Shown here one piece after another: positions 31,119 to 42,744 of a DNA stretch of 61,021 bases (within the stretch, counting starts at the first letter, position 1; each line of letters starts with the position of its first letter). A model generated the notes under the pieces. It saw nothing but the letters and a program-made list of their open reading frames with translations, made no database searches and had not been told where the DNA came from. Location of the stretch: the NCBI GenBank assembly GCA_963803975.1, contig CAWDOY010000037.1:1-61021 (forward strand), in the 5' to 3' direction. The position numbers and the translations under genes were made by a program. Origin of the DNA: an uncultured delta proteobacterium. Lineage in GTDB: Bacteria; Desulfobacterota; WTBG01; CAIYCZ01.

Positions 31119-33557
31119 TGAAGCACAAAATAAACTTCCTGCTATTACTCATTGAAGCTTTGATAGTAATAGTTATTTTTTCTCCACAATCCGGGTTCTG
31201 CGCTCCTCAAGAGCCATTGCTAAAAACACCACTTGATAAGCCCGGAGTTCAAAACAAGATATCAACTACTCAGGGAACTTCCCCAGTACGAATAGATACG
31301 ATTGAAGTATCGGATACAAAAAATTCCTGCAGAGTTACCATAACAGCAGCAAAAATTCCGACCTATACGGTCTTCAAGCTTTCAAAACCGGACCGGATCA
31401 TTGTGGATATACCTGACCTGATGGTGGATCAGAAATCTTCTCTCCCGTTACAACTTCAAAATAATCTCATCAGCGGGATTAAAGCAAACACCATTGACAA
31501 AAACGGCAAATCGACTGCTCACCTTGAAATTCTGCTTAAACAGGAAGCTTCATATGATACCAGTCAACGGGAAACATCTTTGTTTATAGATATCGCAAAA
31601 CCTCAGCTGGCTGTCGAACAGAAAAGCCCTGCCTCTCAAGAGCCAAAGACACAGAAAAAGCCGATACTGGAACCACAGCCGTACTGCTGCCAGTAACCCG
31701 ACTAAAGAATCAGCATCAGAAAAAGAAATCTCTAAAAAACTCTCAATAAAAAACATTGACATTACTGATACTCCCAACGGGTATCAGGTCACCATTGCCG
31801 CAGATGCTGAAATCAAGAACTATCATCCGTTTACCTTGCAAAAACCAACGCGGCTGGCAATTGATTTTCCCTCAGCAACGTGCTCTGTATCCCGTCCCTT
31901 GCAGAACATAAAAAATTCGCTGATCAGGACGGTACGGATAGGTTCTGCCGATGACAAAGTGCGCTTTGTTATAGATTTTGCAACTTCAGCGCTTCCCCGG
32001 TATCAGATTGCAAAAAAGGGCACTGACCTGATGGTCATGATTGACGCTCCCCGAAAAGCTGCTGTACCGGAGGCAGTCGTTGAGCAGTGCCCCTGTCAAA
32101 ATGACTGCGCTCAGTGCAACTCAAACTGAGCAACAAGATCCCGTTGAAACAGAAAAATGGCGCCTAAAAAAGCGTGCAGCACAAAAGTCGAAAAGTCGGT
32201 GGGCAGCACTGCCCCACAATCCGTGCAGAGAAAAAGACCTGAATCAGAACAGCCTGCAGCACCAGATCCACCTCCGTTTCCGACAGCAGGAGCGCCGGGC
32301 GAAGCCCCGCAATACAGCGGTCAGAAAATTTCCCTTGATTTTAAAGATGCCGATATAAAAAATATTTTACGCCTCATCGCAGACGTAAGCGGGTTTAATG
32401 TAATTACCAGTGATCGGGTTGCAGGCAAAGTCACCCTGAAGCTTGAAAATATTCCATGGGATCAGGCCCTTGATATTATTCTTGAAAGTAATAATCTGGG
32501 TAAAATAGTTGCCAGCAATATTATCCGTATAGATACAAAGGATCAGATATTTAAATCGCAAAAAGACAAAATTGAACAGACATCTCTGGAAGATCTTATC
32601 ATGGAGACTGTTCCGGTGAGTTATGTCAAGTCCAAGGATATTGAGCGCTACATCAAGGATCTGAAAGTCCTCACTGACAAACGGGGCAGTATTAATGCTT
32701 TTGAACATACCAATTCCGTAACCTTAACCGATGTTCCCGATAAAGTTAAAAGGATTAAACAGCTCATTCAAGAACAAGATGTTCCTACGCGCCAGGTATT
32801 GATTGAAGCACGTATTGTTCAATCAAACCCGAGCTATGCCAAAGAACTTGGCGTTGTGTGGGGGAATTTGTACAACACTAAGAAAGACGGAGGACTGGCA
32901 AAAGGCGGAGCTGACATAGCTGTTTCAGGTGCCGCTGGCGAAGGCTCTGTGGTAAATCTCCCTGCCGCGGTTGGCCTGGGTTCCGGAGGCGGCATCAATT
33001 TTGGCTACGTCACCAATTCACTGCAGCTGGATATACAGTTAACTGCCCTGGAAAAAGACGAAAAACTTAAAATTGTTTCCAGCCCGAAAATTTTGGGGAT
33101 TGACAACAAGGAGGCCCGTATCAAACAGGGAGTTGCCCTGCCCTACCTCAAACTGAGCGAACAGGGCGTTACCTCTACTGAGTTCAAGGATGCCGTCTTG
33201 GAATTAAAAGTTACTCCCAAGATCACTCCTGCAAACACTGTTAATCTTCACGTCTTTGTGACGAAAAATCAGAAATCAGCTCAGACCGGCGCCGGCGGTG
33301 AGCCCGGTATTGATATACGTGAAGTTGAGACAGACCTCCTCGTTGAGAACGGAAAAACGGTTGTTATAGGAGGTATCTACGAGACAACAAAGAACAAAAT
33401 CGTAAACAAGGTCCCGTTTTTTGGCAACCTTCCTTTTTTAGGCTATTTTTTCAGAAACACCAGGGTGGAGGACCAGCTGACCGAAATTTTAGTTTTTCTA
33501 ACGGTAAATATTGTGCATCAGCCGCAAATTACCGGTCATGCAAATGGTGAGATGTAA
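31118..33557 (+). CDS. pilQ: Type IV pilus secretin PilQ with AMIN domains (frameshifts near 31680 and 32100)
   Basis: AMIN PDRIIVD and PTRLAIDF; YSGQKISLDFKDAD, PWDQAL, QVLIEARIV, L.VTP.IT, KVP..G.LP. Confidence 0.93.
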
Positions 33558-33595
33558 CGATATAGTTTTAACCATATATATGGAGGTTAATTAAC

Positions 33596-34825
33596 ATGAA
33601 TAAAAAATATTTTATATGCGTAGCACTTGTTTTCAATTTTGTGCTCTGCCTTGGATGTATACGGGGAGGGGTTCTCAGGGAAAATATCTCTCCTTCCTAT
33701 ACTCCCAATGTAAAATACACTGCCTGCGATAATACGGTTAAAATTCCCTGCCTTAAGAAAGTGGCGGTATTTCCGTTTGCTGACTATTCTCATCAGCAGG
33801 ATTTCATGGGGATTGATGCCTGGGGAGGGAATAATAAAATTGTAGAAGAAATAACCGACCATTTCGTAACCCACGGTATTTCTGTTACCGTACAGGAAGA
33901 CGTCAATACTTTGCTTGTAGACTATAATGTCATCCGGCCGATCAACAAGGATAAATATCTGATTTACGGAACGGTAGAGGAGGAGCAGGACGAAAGCATT
34001 AAACAGATCGGAACTCCTGAATATGAGGTTGCCAATTACGAACACGATCCCGTCATGGTGAATGAATTGACACGGATAATAAATCGGCAAACCAAAAAAC
34101 AGCGTGCTGAATCATACTCACCGGTTATACAGGGAGTAACGGTTGGCCTCTCAAAAGACGTTATTACAGAACTTGGCCAGATGCTTGGAGTTGACATGAT
34201 AATCAGGGGCAGAATCATTGAATATGGCTACAAAGATGTCGGTACGCTTAATCCCATGTACCGTGGATTCGTGCCTGTTGCCATAGATGCAGTGAAGGAC
34301 ACCCTGTTTGGAGCAACCAATTCCTATGGCTATGACAATGATCTTGAAGATATTGAGAATATCTTAATTGGAGCAGGTCTCGGCTATGGCATCGGCAGTC
34401 AAATCACCAGCAGCAGCATTTCTCGCGGCACTTCCCAAACAGGCGGGCTTATCACCAGAGAGGTCGGTACTTCGCATCGCAGTACCGATAATGAAGCTAT
34501 GGCCGGGGCCGGCATAGGCGCACTTTCAGGCTGGATGGCAAGCCAGCATCCCAAAAAGGCAAAGCGCTCTGCAGTGGTACAGGTTCGTATTTATGCACAG
34601 GATGCCCGCACTGGTGATGTTTTATGGTCAAACCGTGCCGAGATTGAGTACACGCCGTGCAGTAATTTTGCCTACAGTGACACCCATCCCAAGGTTATGT
34701 TTGACAAAGCAGTGAAACAGGGAATCAAGTCTTTAATGGATAATTTCTTCAACGATGCACAGCGAGCGCTTGCTGCGGGGCCAAAGAAGTGTGTTCGCGA
34801 GGAAAATCTGGCAGGCGCCCATTGA
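33596..34825 (+). CDS. Lipoprotein, CsgG/LpoB-like alpha/beta domain with glycine-zipper insert
   Basis: Lipobox CLGC; KVAVFPF, LG..LGVD.II.G.I, GAGLGYGIG and AGAGIGALSG, DARTGDVLW. Confidence 0.7.
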   Translation: MNKKYFICVALVFNFVLCLGCIRGGVLRENISPSYTPNVKYTACDNTVKIPCLKKVAVFPFADYSHQQDFMGIDAWGGNNKIVEEITDHFVTHGISVTVQEDVNTLLVDYNVIRPINKDKYLIYGTVEEEQDESIKQIGTPEYEVANYEHDPVMVNELTRIINRQTKKQRAESYSPVIQGVTVGLSKDVITELGQMLGVDMIIRGRIIEYGYKDVGTLNPMYRGFVPVAIDAVKDTLFGATNSYGYDNDLEDIENILIGAGLGYGIGSQITSSSISRGTSQTGGLITREVGTSHRSTDNEAMAGAGIGALSGWMASQHPKKAKRSAVVQVRIYAQDARTGDVLWSNRAEIEYTPCSNFAYSDTHPKVMFDKAVKQGIKSLMDNFFNDAQRALAAGPKKCVREENLAGAH

Positions 34826-34857
34826 TGGATATGGCGACATATCCAGGAGGAATAGTT

Positions 34858-37816
34858 ATGCATGATTTTGGGAGACGTTGTCTTCTGCTTGTAGCTCTTA
34901 TAGTATTAATAACTCCGGGTATCGGTAGCGCTCAACTCAGTATCGATGCTCCCTGGCCGAAGTTTCACCATAACAATCGTAATACCGGTAAAACATCCAA
35001 TTTTGGCACCCAGGTTGGAAAGCTGAAATGGAGAGTCTCCACCGCAGGGCCGGTAACATCATCGCCAGCCATCGACAAAAATGGCATTGTCTATGTGGGG
35101 TCTGCTGATAATAATATCTATGCAATTAATGGTGAGACAGGGGTTATTGCATGGAAGTACCAGACCGGTGGCGCTATCAACTTTTCATCGCCCGCTATCG
35201 ACATCAACGGGATTGTTTATATTGGCTCTTATGACGGTTATTTATATGCATTTGATACCCAAACCATTAATCCTGATAATGGCAGCACTTGGGTTCCCAA
35301 ATGGAAGTTTCAAACCAAAGGAGCTATCAAATCATCACCTGCCATTGCTCCTGATGGTACTATAATTTTTGGGTGTGCTGATGGCAATATATATGCGCTG
35401 TATCCCAGATGGTTCTCTCAAATGGAAGACTCCAATAGGCGTAATTGAGCGATCTTCACCTGCAATTGATAGTGACATCGGACAGGTCTATATAGGGACC
35501 ACAGTGCCCGATGTCTTTTACACATTAGACTTACAAACCGGAGCAATCATCTGGGCCTATGACTTTCTGTGCGGCGGGGCATATGCCTCTCCTGCTGTTG
35601 AATCAGACAGCTCTGTTATTTTTACTAATTTTACCACCTATTATTCTGATGAAGCATGTCTCGATGCCTTTAAATTTCAAATATACAATTTCAGTTCAAT
35701 CGGCGGCTTGATAGCGGGAATAACACTAACAACCCCGAACTGGAAACTTGACCTAAATTCTAACGATATCTATACTACACCTGCTGTTCTCGAGGATAAT
35801 ACTTTTTTTGTTGGAGCTGGTGCTTCATTAAACAGAATACTTCCTGACGGCAGAGTGTACTGGTCACAAGTAATTGATGGCCAACGCATTGAATCATCTC
35901 CGGCCATTGATGGTGCTAAATTTGTTTATGTTGGCACCAACGGCGGTACGTTCTACTGTCTCAATGCAGACCGCCCCGAGCCCGGAACTACGACAGTATG
36001 GCAATATCCGCCGGCAGGAGAGCCCCGTCTTGTCTCCTCCATTTTGTCATCACCTGCAATCGGTAATGACGAACGCCATTCAGTATATGTTGGTGCGAGT
36101 GACAATAATGTCTATGCATTCTATGACGGTATCAGAATTAAGGGCAAAGTAAGCCTTGTTGAAGGTTCAGGGGCATTCGATTCAGAAAAAACCGTTAAGT
36201 GCTGTAAAAATGACCCTGAGAAGCGAAATCCTGCAATTAGAAAAAGAGACCTTGACTGATACTAAGGGATATGAGTTTGCAGGACTTGAAAATGGTACGT
36301 ACAACATCACTCCTCAACTGCCGGGTTATATTTTCAGCCCGGAGACCCTCAACGTCACTGTTAAAGATCAGGATGTCAATAACGCCAACTTTGAGGCTTT
36401 TAGAGGCTTTTCACTCTCCGGCACAGTAACTGATAAAAATGGAAAAGCCCTGTCTGGTGTTCTGGTAACGATAGATGGTTTAAAAAGTCAGTCGGCAACA
36501 GCGTTCACAGACAGTACCGGCTTTTACCAGTTTACCGGCCTTGGATTTGATACCTATACGGTTACTCCGTTCTTAGAGGGCTATGGATTTACTCCCCCGT
36601 TCCAGAATGTTACTATAGCTTCTGCTGATGCTGAAAAAAATAAAACCAATATAAATTTTGTCGCTACGCTTGGTTATCAGATTTCAGGACAAATAACCGA
36701 TGTGAACAGGCAGGGCTTACAGGGAGTGACGGTTATCTTAACCGGTGGTCCGCAAAATATTCCGCAGTCAGCAGAAACTGATAAAAACGGGGCTTACTCT
36801 TTTCTTGAGCTTGATAATGGTACCTACACGGTGACCCCATCCTTTAACGATTTTGAATTCAACCCCCCTGCAAAAACAGTAACCATTGCATCAGCAAGTG
36901 CCTTGAATGTTGACTTTACTGCGGCTACCGGCTCTAATATCTCCGGTTATGTCCTTGCAGGAAATACCCCTTTGAAAGGGGTTTCTATTAACCTCATAGA
37001 TAACCGATCCCCCAAGGATATTGCCCAGTCTGCACAGACAGATGACTTTGGGTTCTATGTTTTAATTGGTGTGCCAGATGGTATCTATACCGTAAAACCA
37101 GTGCTTGCTGGATATGGTTTTAGCCCTGAATCACAGATACTGACGGTTATTAATGCTGATATTAAGAATGTTAATTTCAGGGCAGTGCCCGGTCTTTCTC
37201 TCAGCGGGAAAGTCACCAACATACTGAATCTGCCAGTCACCGGCGTAACCCTGGAACTCACCGGGTCAACCAGCACAAGCAGTACTACCACCAATACTGA
37301 CAGTTCAGGGAACTATTCATTCCTTGGCCTTGCAATTGATACGTACACGGTCGCGGTTAATACTCCCGGTTACCAGGCATTCCCCGGCGCGCAGACTTTT
37401 GATATAGTCGCGGAAGGCAAAAATAATGTCAACTTTACTGTTTTTCCAATCTGTCCCACGGTTTATATCAATATTCCTTTTGGAGGAGAAAGCGGAACGC
37501 TGGTTAATATTTTTGGTATTAATTTTGGATTATCTGCCCCTCCTGCGGGCACGTTGTTTACCGTTAATGGTACCACGCTGGAAGGCGGCGTTTATTTTGG
37601 GGCCTTTGGCAGTGATCCTTCCAAATGGGTGAAAGCAGATGTTGAGTACTGGAGCGCGTTTAAAATTCTTGCCCGCGCACCATCAACTTCTGGATTCGCC
37701 CAGGTATGGGTTGTAAATAAAGGTTCCGTTATTCAAAGTCGAATCCTGAACAGGAAGATCAGGGTTGCTTGTATGAAAATCAGCCTCTAACTAACTTCTT
37801 TGTGTACGGGTTTTAA
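34858..37816 (+). CDS. Large secreted protein: PQQ/BamB-type beta-propeller + five carboxypeptidase-regulatory-like repeats + IPT-like domain (frameshifted; end 37790-37816)
   Basis: AGGAGG RBS, signal peptide, WPKFHH, repeated SSPAI...YVGS.D..YA; repeats ISG.V....L.GV...G.Y.VTP. Confidence 0.8.
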
Positions 37817-37844
37817 GAGATCGTCATCCCGATAAATCTTTAAT

Positions 37845-37890
37845 AAAGCACAGGGCATTTGAACTTTTAAAGAACCCTGTGCTTTTTTTT
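37845..37890 (+). terminator. Intrinsic terminator
   Basis: AAAGCACAGGG...CCCTGTGCTTTTTTTT. Confidence 0.75.
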
Positions 37891-37946
37891 ATATACATTC
37901 CGTGATATGGTAGTGCAGTAAATAATCGTTTTGAGGAGAAAGCCGT

Positions 37947-39107
37947 ATGCTGCGTTATCTTACTTCAGGTGAATCACACGGCCCTGGCCTGACTGCTGTT
38001 ATCGATGGCATGCCTGCGGGGCTATCACTCCTTCCTGCTGATATCAACCGGGACCTGGCACGAAGGCAAATCGGATACGGCAGGGGGAAACGTATGGAGA
38101 TAGAACAGGACGAAGCAGAGATAACTTCAGGAGTGCGTTTAGGTAAAACGCTTGGTACACCTATAACCCTTGTCGTCAAAAACCGCGACTGGATAAACTG
38201 GCAGGATAAGATGTCTGTAGAACCGTTTGAAGAGATTGCTGTCAAACCGCTCACCAATCCCCGGCCCGGCCATGCAGACCTTGCCGGTGCCCTTAAATAC
38301 GATCTCAAGGATATTCGGAATGTTTTAGAGCGGGCCAGCGCACGTGAAACCACTTCGCGGGTTGCTGTCGGCAGTGTCTGTAGAAAATTTCTCGCGCAGT
38401 TTAATATAACAGTTTTCAGCTATGTCATAGAGATAGGCGGAATCAGGGCAAAGATTGAGCGGTTATCTCCGCACAATCTTTCTAAAAAGGCGGAACGCTC
38501 AATACTGCGTTGCCCATGCCCTGACGCAGAAAAACAAATGATCAAACTGATTGATAAAGCACGGGCCGGTGGCGACAGCCTCGGTGGTATTTTTGAAATA
38601 ACAGTCGTGGGAACTCCACCAGGACTTGGCAGCTACAGCCAGTGGGACGAACGGCTTGATGGCAGATTATCCCGGGCTTTGATGAGCATTCAGGCAATCA
38701 AAGGAGTTGAAATAGGCATTGGCTTTAATGCAGCACGGCTTCCCGGCTCCCGGGTTCATGATCAGATCTACTATAAGAACCCTACCGGCTTTTATCGAAA
38801 GACTAACCATGCCGGCGGTATTGAGGGAGGGATTTCTAATGGTGAGCCCATTATTTTACGGGCCGCAATGAAACCCATTGCGACTCTCTATTCCCCTCTC
38901 AGCTCGGTCGATATTTTTACAAAAAAAACCGTCAAAGCTACTGTTGAGCGCTCTGATATATGCCGGGTGCCTTCTGCTGCTGTTATCGGAGAAGCCATGG
39001 TCTGCAATGAAATTGCCGCAGCATTCCTTGAGAAGTTCGGCGGGGACAGCATGAAGGAAATAAGCAGAAACTATAAGGGATATCTAAAGCAGTTAAAAGC
39101 ATTTTAA
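37947..39107 (+). CDS. aroC: Chorismate synthase
   Basis: TSGESHG, PRPGHAD, ERASARET, GGIEGG.SNG, MKPI.TL, ERSD. Confidence 0.97.
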   Translation: MLRYLTSGESHGPGLTAVIDGMPAGLSLLPADINRDLARRQIGYGRGKRMEIEQDEAEITSGVRLGKTLGTPITLVVKNRDWINWQDKMSVEPFEEIAVKPLTNPRPGHADLAGALKYDLKDIRNVLERASARETTSRVAVGSVCRKFLAQFNITVFSYVIEIGGIRAKIERLSPHNLSKKAERSILRCPCPDAEKQMIKLIDKARAGGDSLGGIFEITVVGTPPGLGSYSQWDERLDGRLSRALMSIQAIKGVEIGIGFNAARLPGSRVHDQIYYKNPTGFYRKTNHAGGIEGGISNGEPIILRAAMKPIATLYSPLSSVDIFTKKTVKATVERSDICRVPSAAVIGEAMVCNEIAAAFLEKFGGDSMKEISRNYKGYLKQLKAF

Positions 39108-39121
39108 ACCTTCAATTGGCA

Positions 39122-39195
39122 CAAAGGTAAAGAGGTAAAAAGGCCAAAAGATAATAACCTGTTAACCTCTTAGCCTCTTGACCTTTTAACCTTTA
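39122..39195. repeat. Octamer-periodic inverted repeat
   Basis: AAAGGTAA AGAGGTAA AAAGGCCA ... TAACCTGT TAACCTCT TAGCCTCT TGACCTTT TAACCTTT. Confidence 0.75.
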
Positions 39196-39200
39196 TAAAA

Positions 39201-40289
39201 ATGGAATCCGTTCGAGTTAATCTGGGAGAACGAAGCTATCGTATCCTCATAAAGCACGGGCTTATTGCAGAGGCTGGTGAGACAATCTACTCCTGCGCGG
39301 CGGGAAATCATGCCGTCATTATCACTAATGCAACGGTTGCCCCGCTATACCTTTCGTCTGTTAAAAAAAGCCTTGAAGATGCGCTGTTCCATGTTGACAG
39401 TATTGAAATTCCTGATGGTGAAGAGTATAAAACACTTTCCTGGATGGAACAGATTTACGACCGTCTGGTCTGCTGTAATCTCGACAGAACTTCCCCCATT
39501 ATTGCGCTCGGTGGCGGCGTAATCGGAGATATGGCTGGCTTTGCCGCTGCGACGTTTCTTCGTGGTGTCCCGTTAGTACAGATACCTACGACGCTTCTTT
39601 CCCAGGTTGACAGCAGTGTCGGCGGGAAAACCGGGGTGAATCTGCCTCAGGGGAAAAATATGGTGGGAGCGTTCTACCAGCCGCGCCTCGTTCTGATTGA
39701 TCCTGCTGTGCTGAAAACGCTGGACATCCGGGAATTGCGTACCGGCATGGCAGAGGTTATAAAATACAGCGTCATCCAGGACCGGGACTTTTTTTACTTT
39801 CTCCAGAATAATATAGCCAGTGCCTATGCCCTTGATGAGACAATACTTTGCCGCATAATAAAAACGTGCTGCACCATAAAAGCTGCCATTACCGCACAGG
39901 ATGAGCATGAAAGCGGCCTTCGGGCCATTCTGAATTTCGGCCATACCCTCGGCCATGCCATTGAAACGCTCACCGGCTACAGCCGTTTCAGACACGGTGA
40001 GGCAGTAGCCATGGGCATGGCAGCTGCAGCCAGACTTTCTGCTGTCTGGGGTTACTGCACACAGGACGCATGCAATAACCTTATAGCGCTACTGGAAGCA
40101 GCCGGTCTCCCAATACAGCTTCCTTCCATGGAACGGGACAGCTGTCTTGCAGCAATCAAGAAAGACAAAAAGCGCGCCCGCGGCACTATACGCATGGTAT
40201 TAATGAAGAGTATCGGGCAAGTTTTTATAGAGGAGATAGCGATGGAAAAGCTTGCCTCTGCACTTAAAGATCATTTACAGATGCAATAA
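39201..40289 (+). CDS. aroB: 3-dehydroquinate synthase
   Basis: GGGVIGD, PTTLLSQVDSSVGGKTG, LNFGHTLGHAIE, HGEAV. Confidence 0.97.
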   Translation: MESVRVNLGERSYRILIKHGLIAEAGETIYSCAAGNHAVIITNATVAPLYLSSVKKSLEDALFHVDSIEIPDGEEYKTLSWMEQIYDRLVCCNLDRTSPIIALGGGVIGDMAGFAAATFLRGVPLVQIPTTLLSQVDSSVGGKTGVNLPQGKNMVGAFYQPRLVLIDPAVLKTLDIRELRTGMAEVIKYSVIQDRDFFYFLQNNIASAYALDETILCRIIKTCCTIKAAITAQDEHESGLRAILNFGHTLGHAIETLTGYSRFRHGEAVAMGMAAAARLSAVWGYCTQDACNNLIALLEAAGLPIQLPSMERDSCLAAIKKDKKRARGTIRMVLMKSIGQVFIEEIAMEKLASALKDHLQMQ

Positions 40290-40292
40290 AAT

Positions 40293-40331
40293 CACTTGCA
40301 GCCTTGAACCCTTGAATCCACGAACCCTTTA
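40293..40331. repeat. Octamer-periodic repeat
   Basis: CTTGCAG CCTTGAAC CCTTGAAT CCACGAAC CCTT. Confidence 0.6.
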
Positions 40332-40345
40332 CTACGAGGTGTACT

Positions 40346-40792
40346 ATGAAAATACTGGTAATCCATGGACCTAATTTAAATCTCCTGGGCACAAGAGAGC
40401 CGGAGCAGTATGGCTCCCTGACGCTTGAGCAGATAAACAATACCATACTCTCCCGCGCGCAAAAGGAAAATGTGGAGGTTAAAATTTTCCAGGCAAACGC
40501 CGAAGGAGAAATCATCTCTGAAATCCATCGGGCGCTGGGGAATATTGATGGCATCGTTATTAACCCCGCAGCCTATACACACACCAGTGTTGCCGTGAGG
40601 GATGCCTTACTTGCGGTTGCGTTGCCTGCCGTAGAAGTACATCTTTCAAATATTTACAAACGGGAAGAGTTCAGAAAAAATTCCATGATTTCGGATGTGG
40701 TGCTGGGAGTAATCTCGGGGTTCAGAGAGCAAAGCTACATCCTGGGGCTCGAAGCCCTTATTCACTTTCTTAAGAACAACCCTCATCCTTAG
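40346..40792 (+). CDS. aroQ: Type II 3-dehydroquinate dehydratase
   Basis: HGPNLNLLGTREP..YG, NPAAYTHTS, EVHLSNI..RE. Confidence 0.97.
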   Translation: MKILVIHGPNLNLLGTREPEQYGSLTLEQINNTILSRAQKENVEVKIFQANAEGEIISEIHRALGNIDGIVINPAAYTHTSVAVRDALLAVALPAVEVHLSNIYKREEFRKNSMISDVVLGVISGFREQSYILGLEALIHFLKNNPHP

Positions 40793-40944
40793 CAGGTTGT
40801 TGAAAAAGTAGTTTTCTCCCAGGCTGGTCAAAAACATCCAGATGCAAGGCGCGCGAAATCCTGAGGAATGAGAAGTACTTTACCGTACGTCGCAATGACG
40901 AAGGCTGAGCGCAACGAAGCAGATGGGTGTTTTTCAACAGCCTG
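40793..40944. mobile_element. MITE-like non-autonomous element with IS5/IS1182-like ends
   Basis: Left end CAGGTTGTTGAAAAA (second left end CAGGCTGGTCAAAAAC at 40820), right end GTTTTTCAACAGCCTG; flanks TTAG and ATAG; internal dyad symmetry; no ORF. Confidence 0.75.
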
Positions 40945-41137
40945 ATAGTCCCTCACTCGTGGCTTGTCACGTCACTGGTCACCCGTCCTCCGCCCGCCTT
41001 CCGAGCACGCTGGCGAGGGCAGGTAGCACTGAAAAGTGTGGCCAGTCTAAATTCAAACGCATACTTAGCAATCACCAATAAGTTTGTTTTTTAACACTGC
41101 GGAGTGTGGACGAGCCACTTCTCCCGAACTGCGAAGT

Positions 41138-42463
41138 TCATCGCTTCGGACTTTCCTTAAAATTGAGCCGGACCGGAGAGCCGGAAAAACCAAACTTATC
41201 ACGGATTGCCCGTTCCAGGTAACGCATATAGTTGGCTGGTATGTCCTTGGGAGCATTGGTGAATAGTACAAAGGTAGGGGGCTTCACTCCTGCCTGCGTG
41301 CCGTAGTACATTTTTATGCTGCGTCTGCCGCTTCGCGGCATTGGAAAGCGTGCGGTTGCCGCTTTCAGGAAGCGGTTAAATTCCCCGGTGCTCACCGTCT
41401 GTTCATAAACCCGCTCCACATCAGTAATGGCATCCAGCACTTTGCGCACCCGCAGCCCGGTCAGTGCAGACACGCACAGAGCAGGCGCAAAATCAAGGAA
41501 CGGGAGCCGGGCATAGACAGATTCCATATAGCTGTCATAGCTGTTGCTATCCTTTTCAATCAGATCCCATTTATTGACAACAATAATACAGGCCCGGTGC
41601 ATCTCGTAGATTTCTGATGCAAGCTTCTGATCCTGGTCAGTTACTCCCTGGACAGCATCAATAAGCAGAAGGCATATTGATGATCGCCTGATGGTATTGA
41701 GCGCCTCCATGATACAGTATTTTTCAACACGCAGGCTTATCCGGCTTTTACGGCGTATACCTGCGGTATCAATAATCCGCACCGGCTTGTTCTTGTACCT
41801 GAAAACAGTATCAATCGCATCCCGTGTAGTTCCGGGCTGATCACTGACCAGGAGCCGCTCATATCCCAGTATCCTGTTTACAAAGGATGATTTTCCCACG
41901 TTGGGCCGGCCTATAACAGACACGACGGTTTCCCGCTCCTGCTGCTCCTGGACGTTCACGGGCTGAAGGCAGTTAATAACTTCCTCGAGAAGATCAGCTA
42001 TACCAATTTTATTTTTAGCTGAAATGGTATAGAGCGGCTCAACGCCAAGCTGATAAAATTCAGCGGCATTACGCTCAAGCTCGGCACTCTCTACTTTATT
42101 TACCGTATAGAACACCGGTTTTCGGGTCTTCTGCAGTATCCGGGTAATCTCTACATCAGTGGGGTGCAGCCCTTCCCTTCCATCCATAAGAAAAATAATG
42201 GTATCTGCCTCCTCAATCGCCAGCTGGGCCTGTTCCTTGATTAATTTTGCCATAGCCGTGTCTGAGGCACTATCAAAGCCGCCGGTGTCAACCAGAATAA
42301 AGGCATTCCCCTCCCGTTTCACCTCCGCATAATTCCGGTCCCTGGTCACACCGGGCATGTCATCAATCACTGCCTTCCTGCGCCGTGCAATAGCATTAAA
42401 TAAGGTAGACTTGCCCACATTGGGCCGGCCAACAATAGCGATTATGGGTTTTACTGCAGGCAT
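41138..42463 (-). CDS. der: Ribosome biogenesis GTPase Der/EngA
   Basis: Two GRPNVGKS P-loops, DTGG/DTAG, NKVE/NKWD, C-terminal KH-like domain. Confidence 0.97.
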   Translation of the reverse strand: MPAVKPIIAIVGRPNVGKSTLFNAIARRRKAVIDDMPGVTRDRNYAEVKREGNAFILVDTGGFDSASDTAMAKLIKEQAQLAIEEADTIIFLMDGREGLHPTDVEITRILQKTRKPVFYTVNKVESAELERNAAEFYQLGVEPLYTISAKNKIGIADLLEEVINCLQPVNVQEQQERETVVSVIGRPNVGKSSFVNRILGYERLLVSDQPGTTRDAIDTVFRYKNKPVRIIDTAGIRRKSRISLRVEKYCIMEALNTIRRSSICLLLIDAVQGVTDQDQKLASEIYEMHRACIIVVNKWDLIEKDSNSYDSYMESVYARLPFLDFAPALCVSALTGLRVRKVLDAITDVERVYEQTVSTGEFNRFLKAATARFPMPRSGRRSIKMYYGTQAGVKPPTFVLFTNAPKDIPANYMRYLERAIRDKFGFSGSPVRLNFKESPKR

Positions 42464-42744
42464 AATTCGTTTAATGATTTGCGTTTATAATCAGTCACCA
42501 AATGTTTATGTGCAACTGTCAGGCTATTGGTTATGAGAATAACATACAATCGTTTTATTAAGAATATTTTTTTATCTCTAAAAAAGCAAACTATAATATT
42601 TAGGAATAGTCTTTTGATTCAGTATTTGATAAAAGCCACAATACAATGTAATATAACCGCACGGTTTCCACTCAGGGGCTGTTTTGTGTGGGGGATATTA
42701 CAAACACGTTACCTTAAAATGCGATTCACCATAAGGAGACCATT

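Noticed and set aside
39122..39195. Periodic repeats as CRISPR arrays
   Set aside because: Units are 7-10 nt, degenerate, have no unique spacers, and no cas genes are present.
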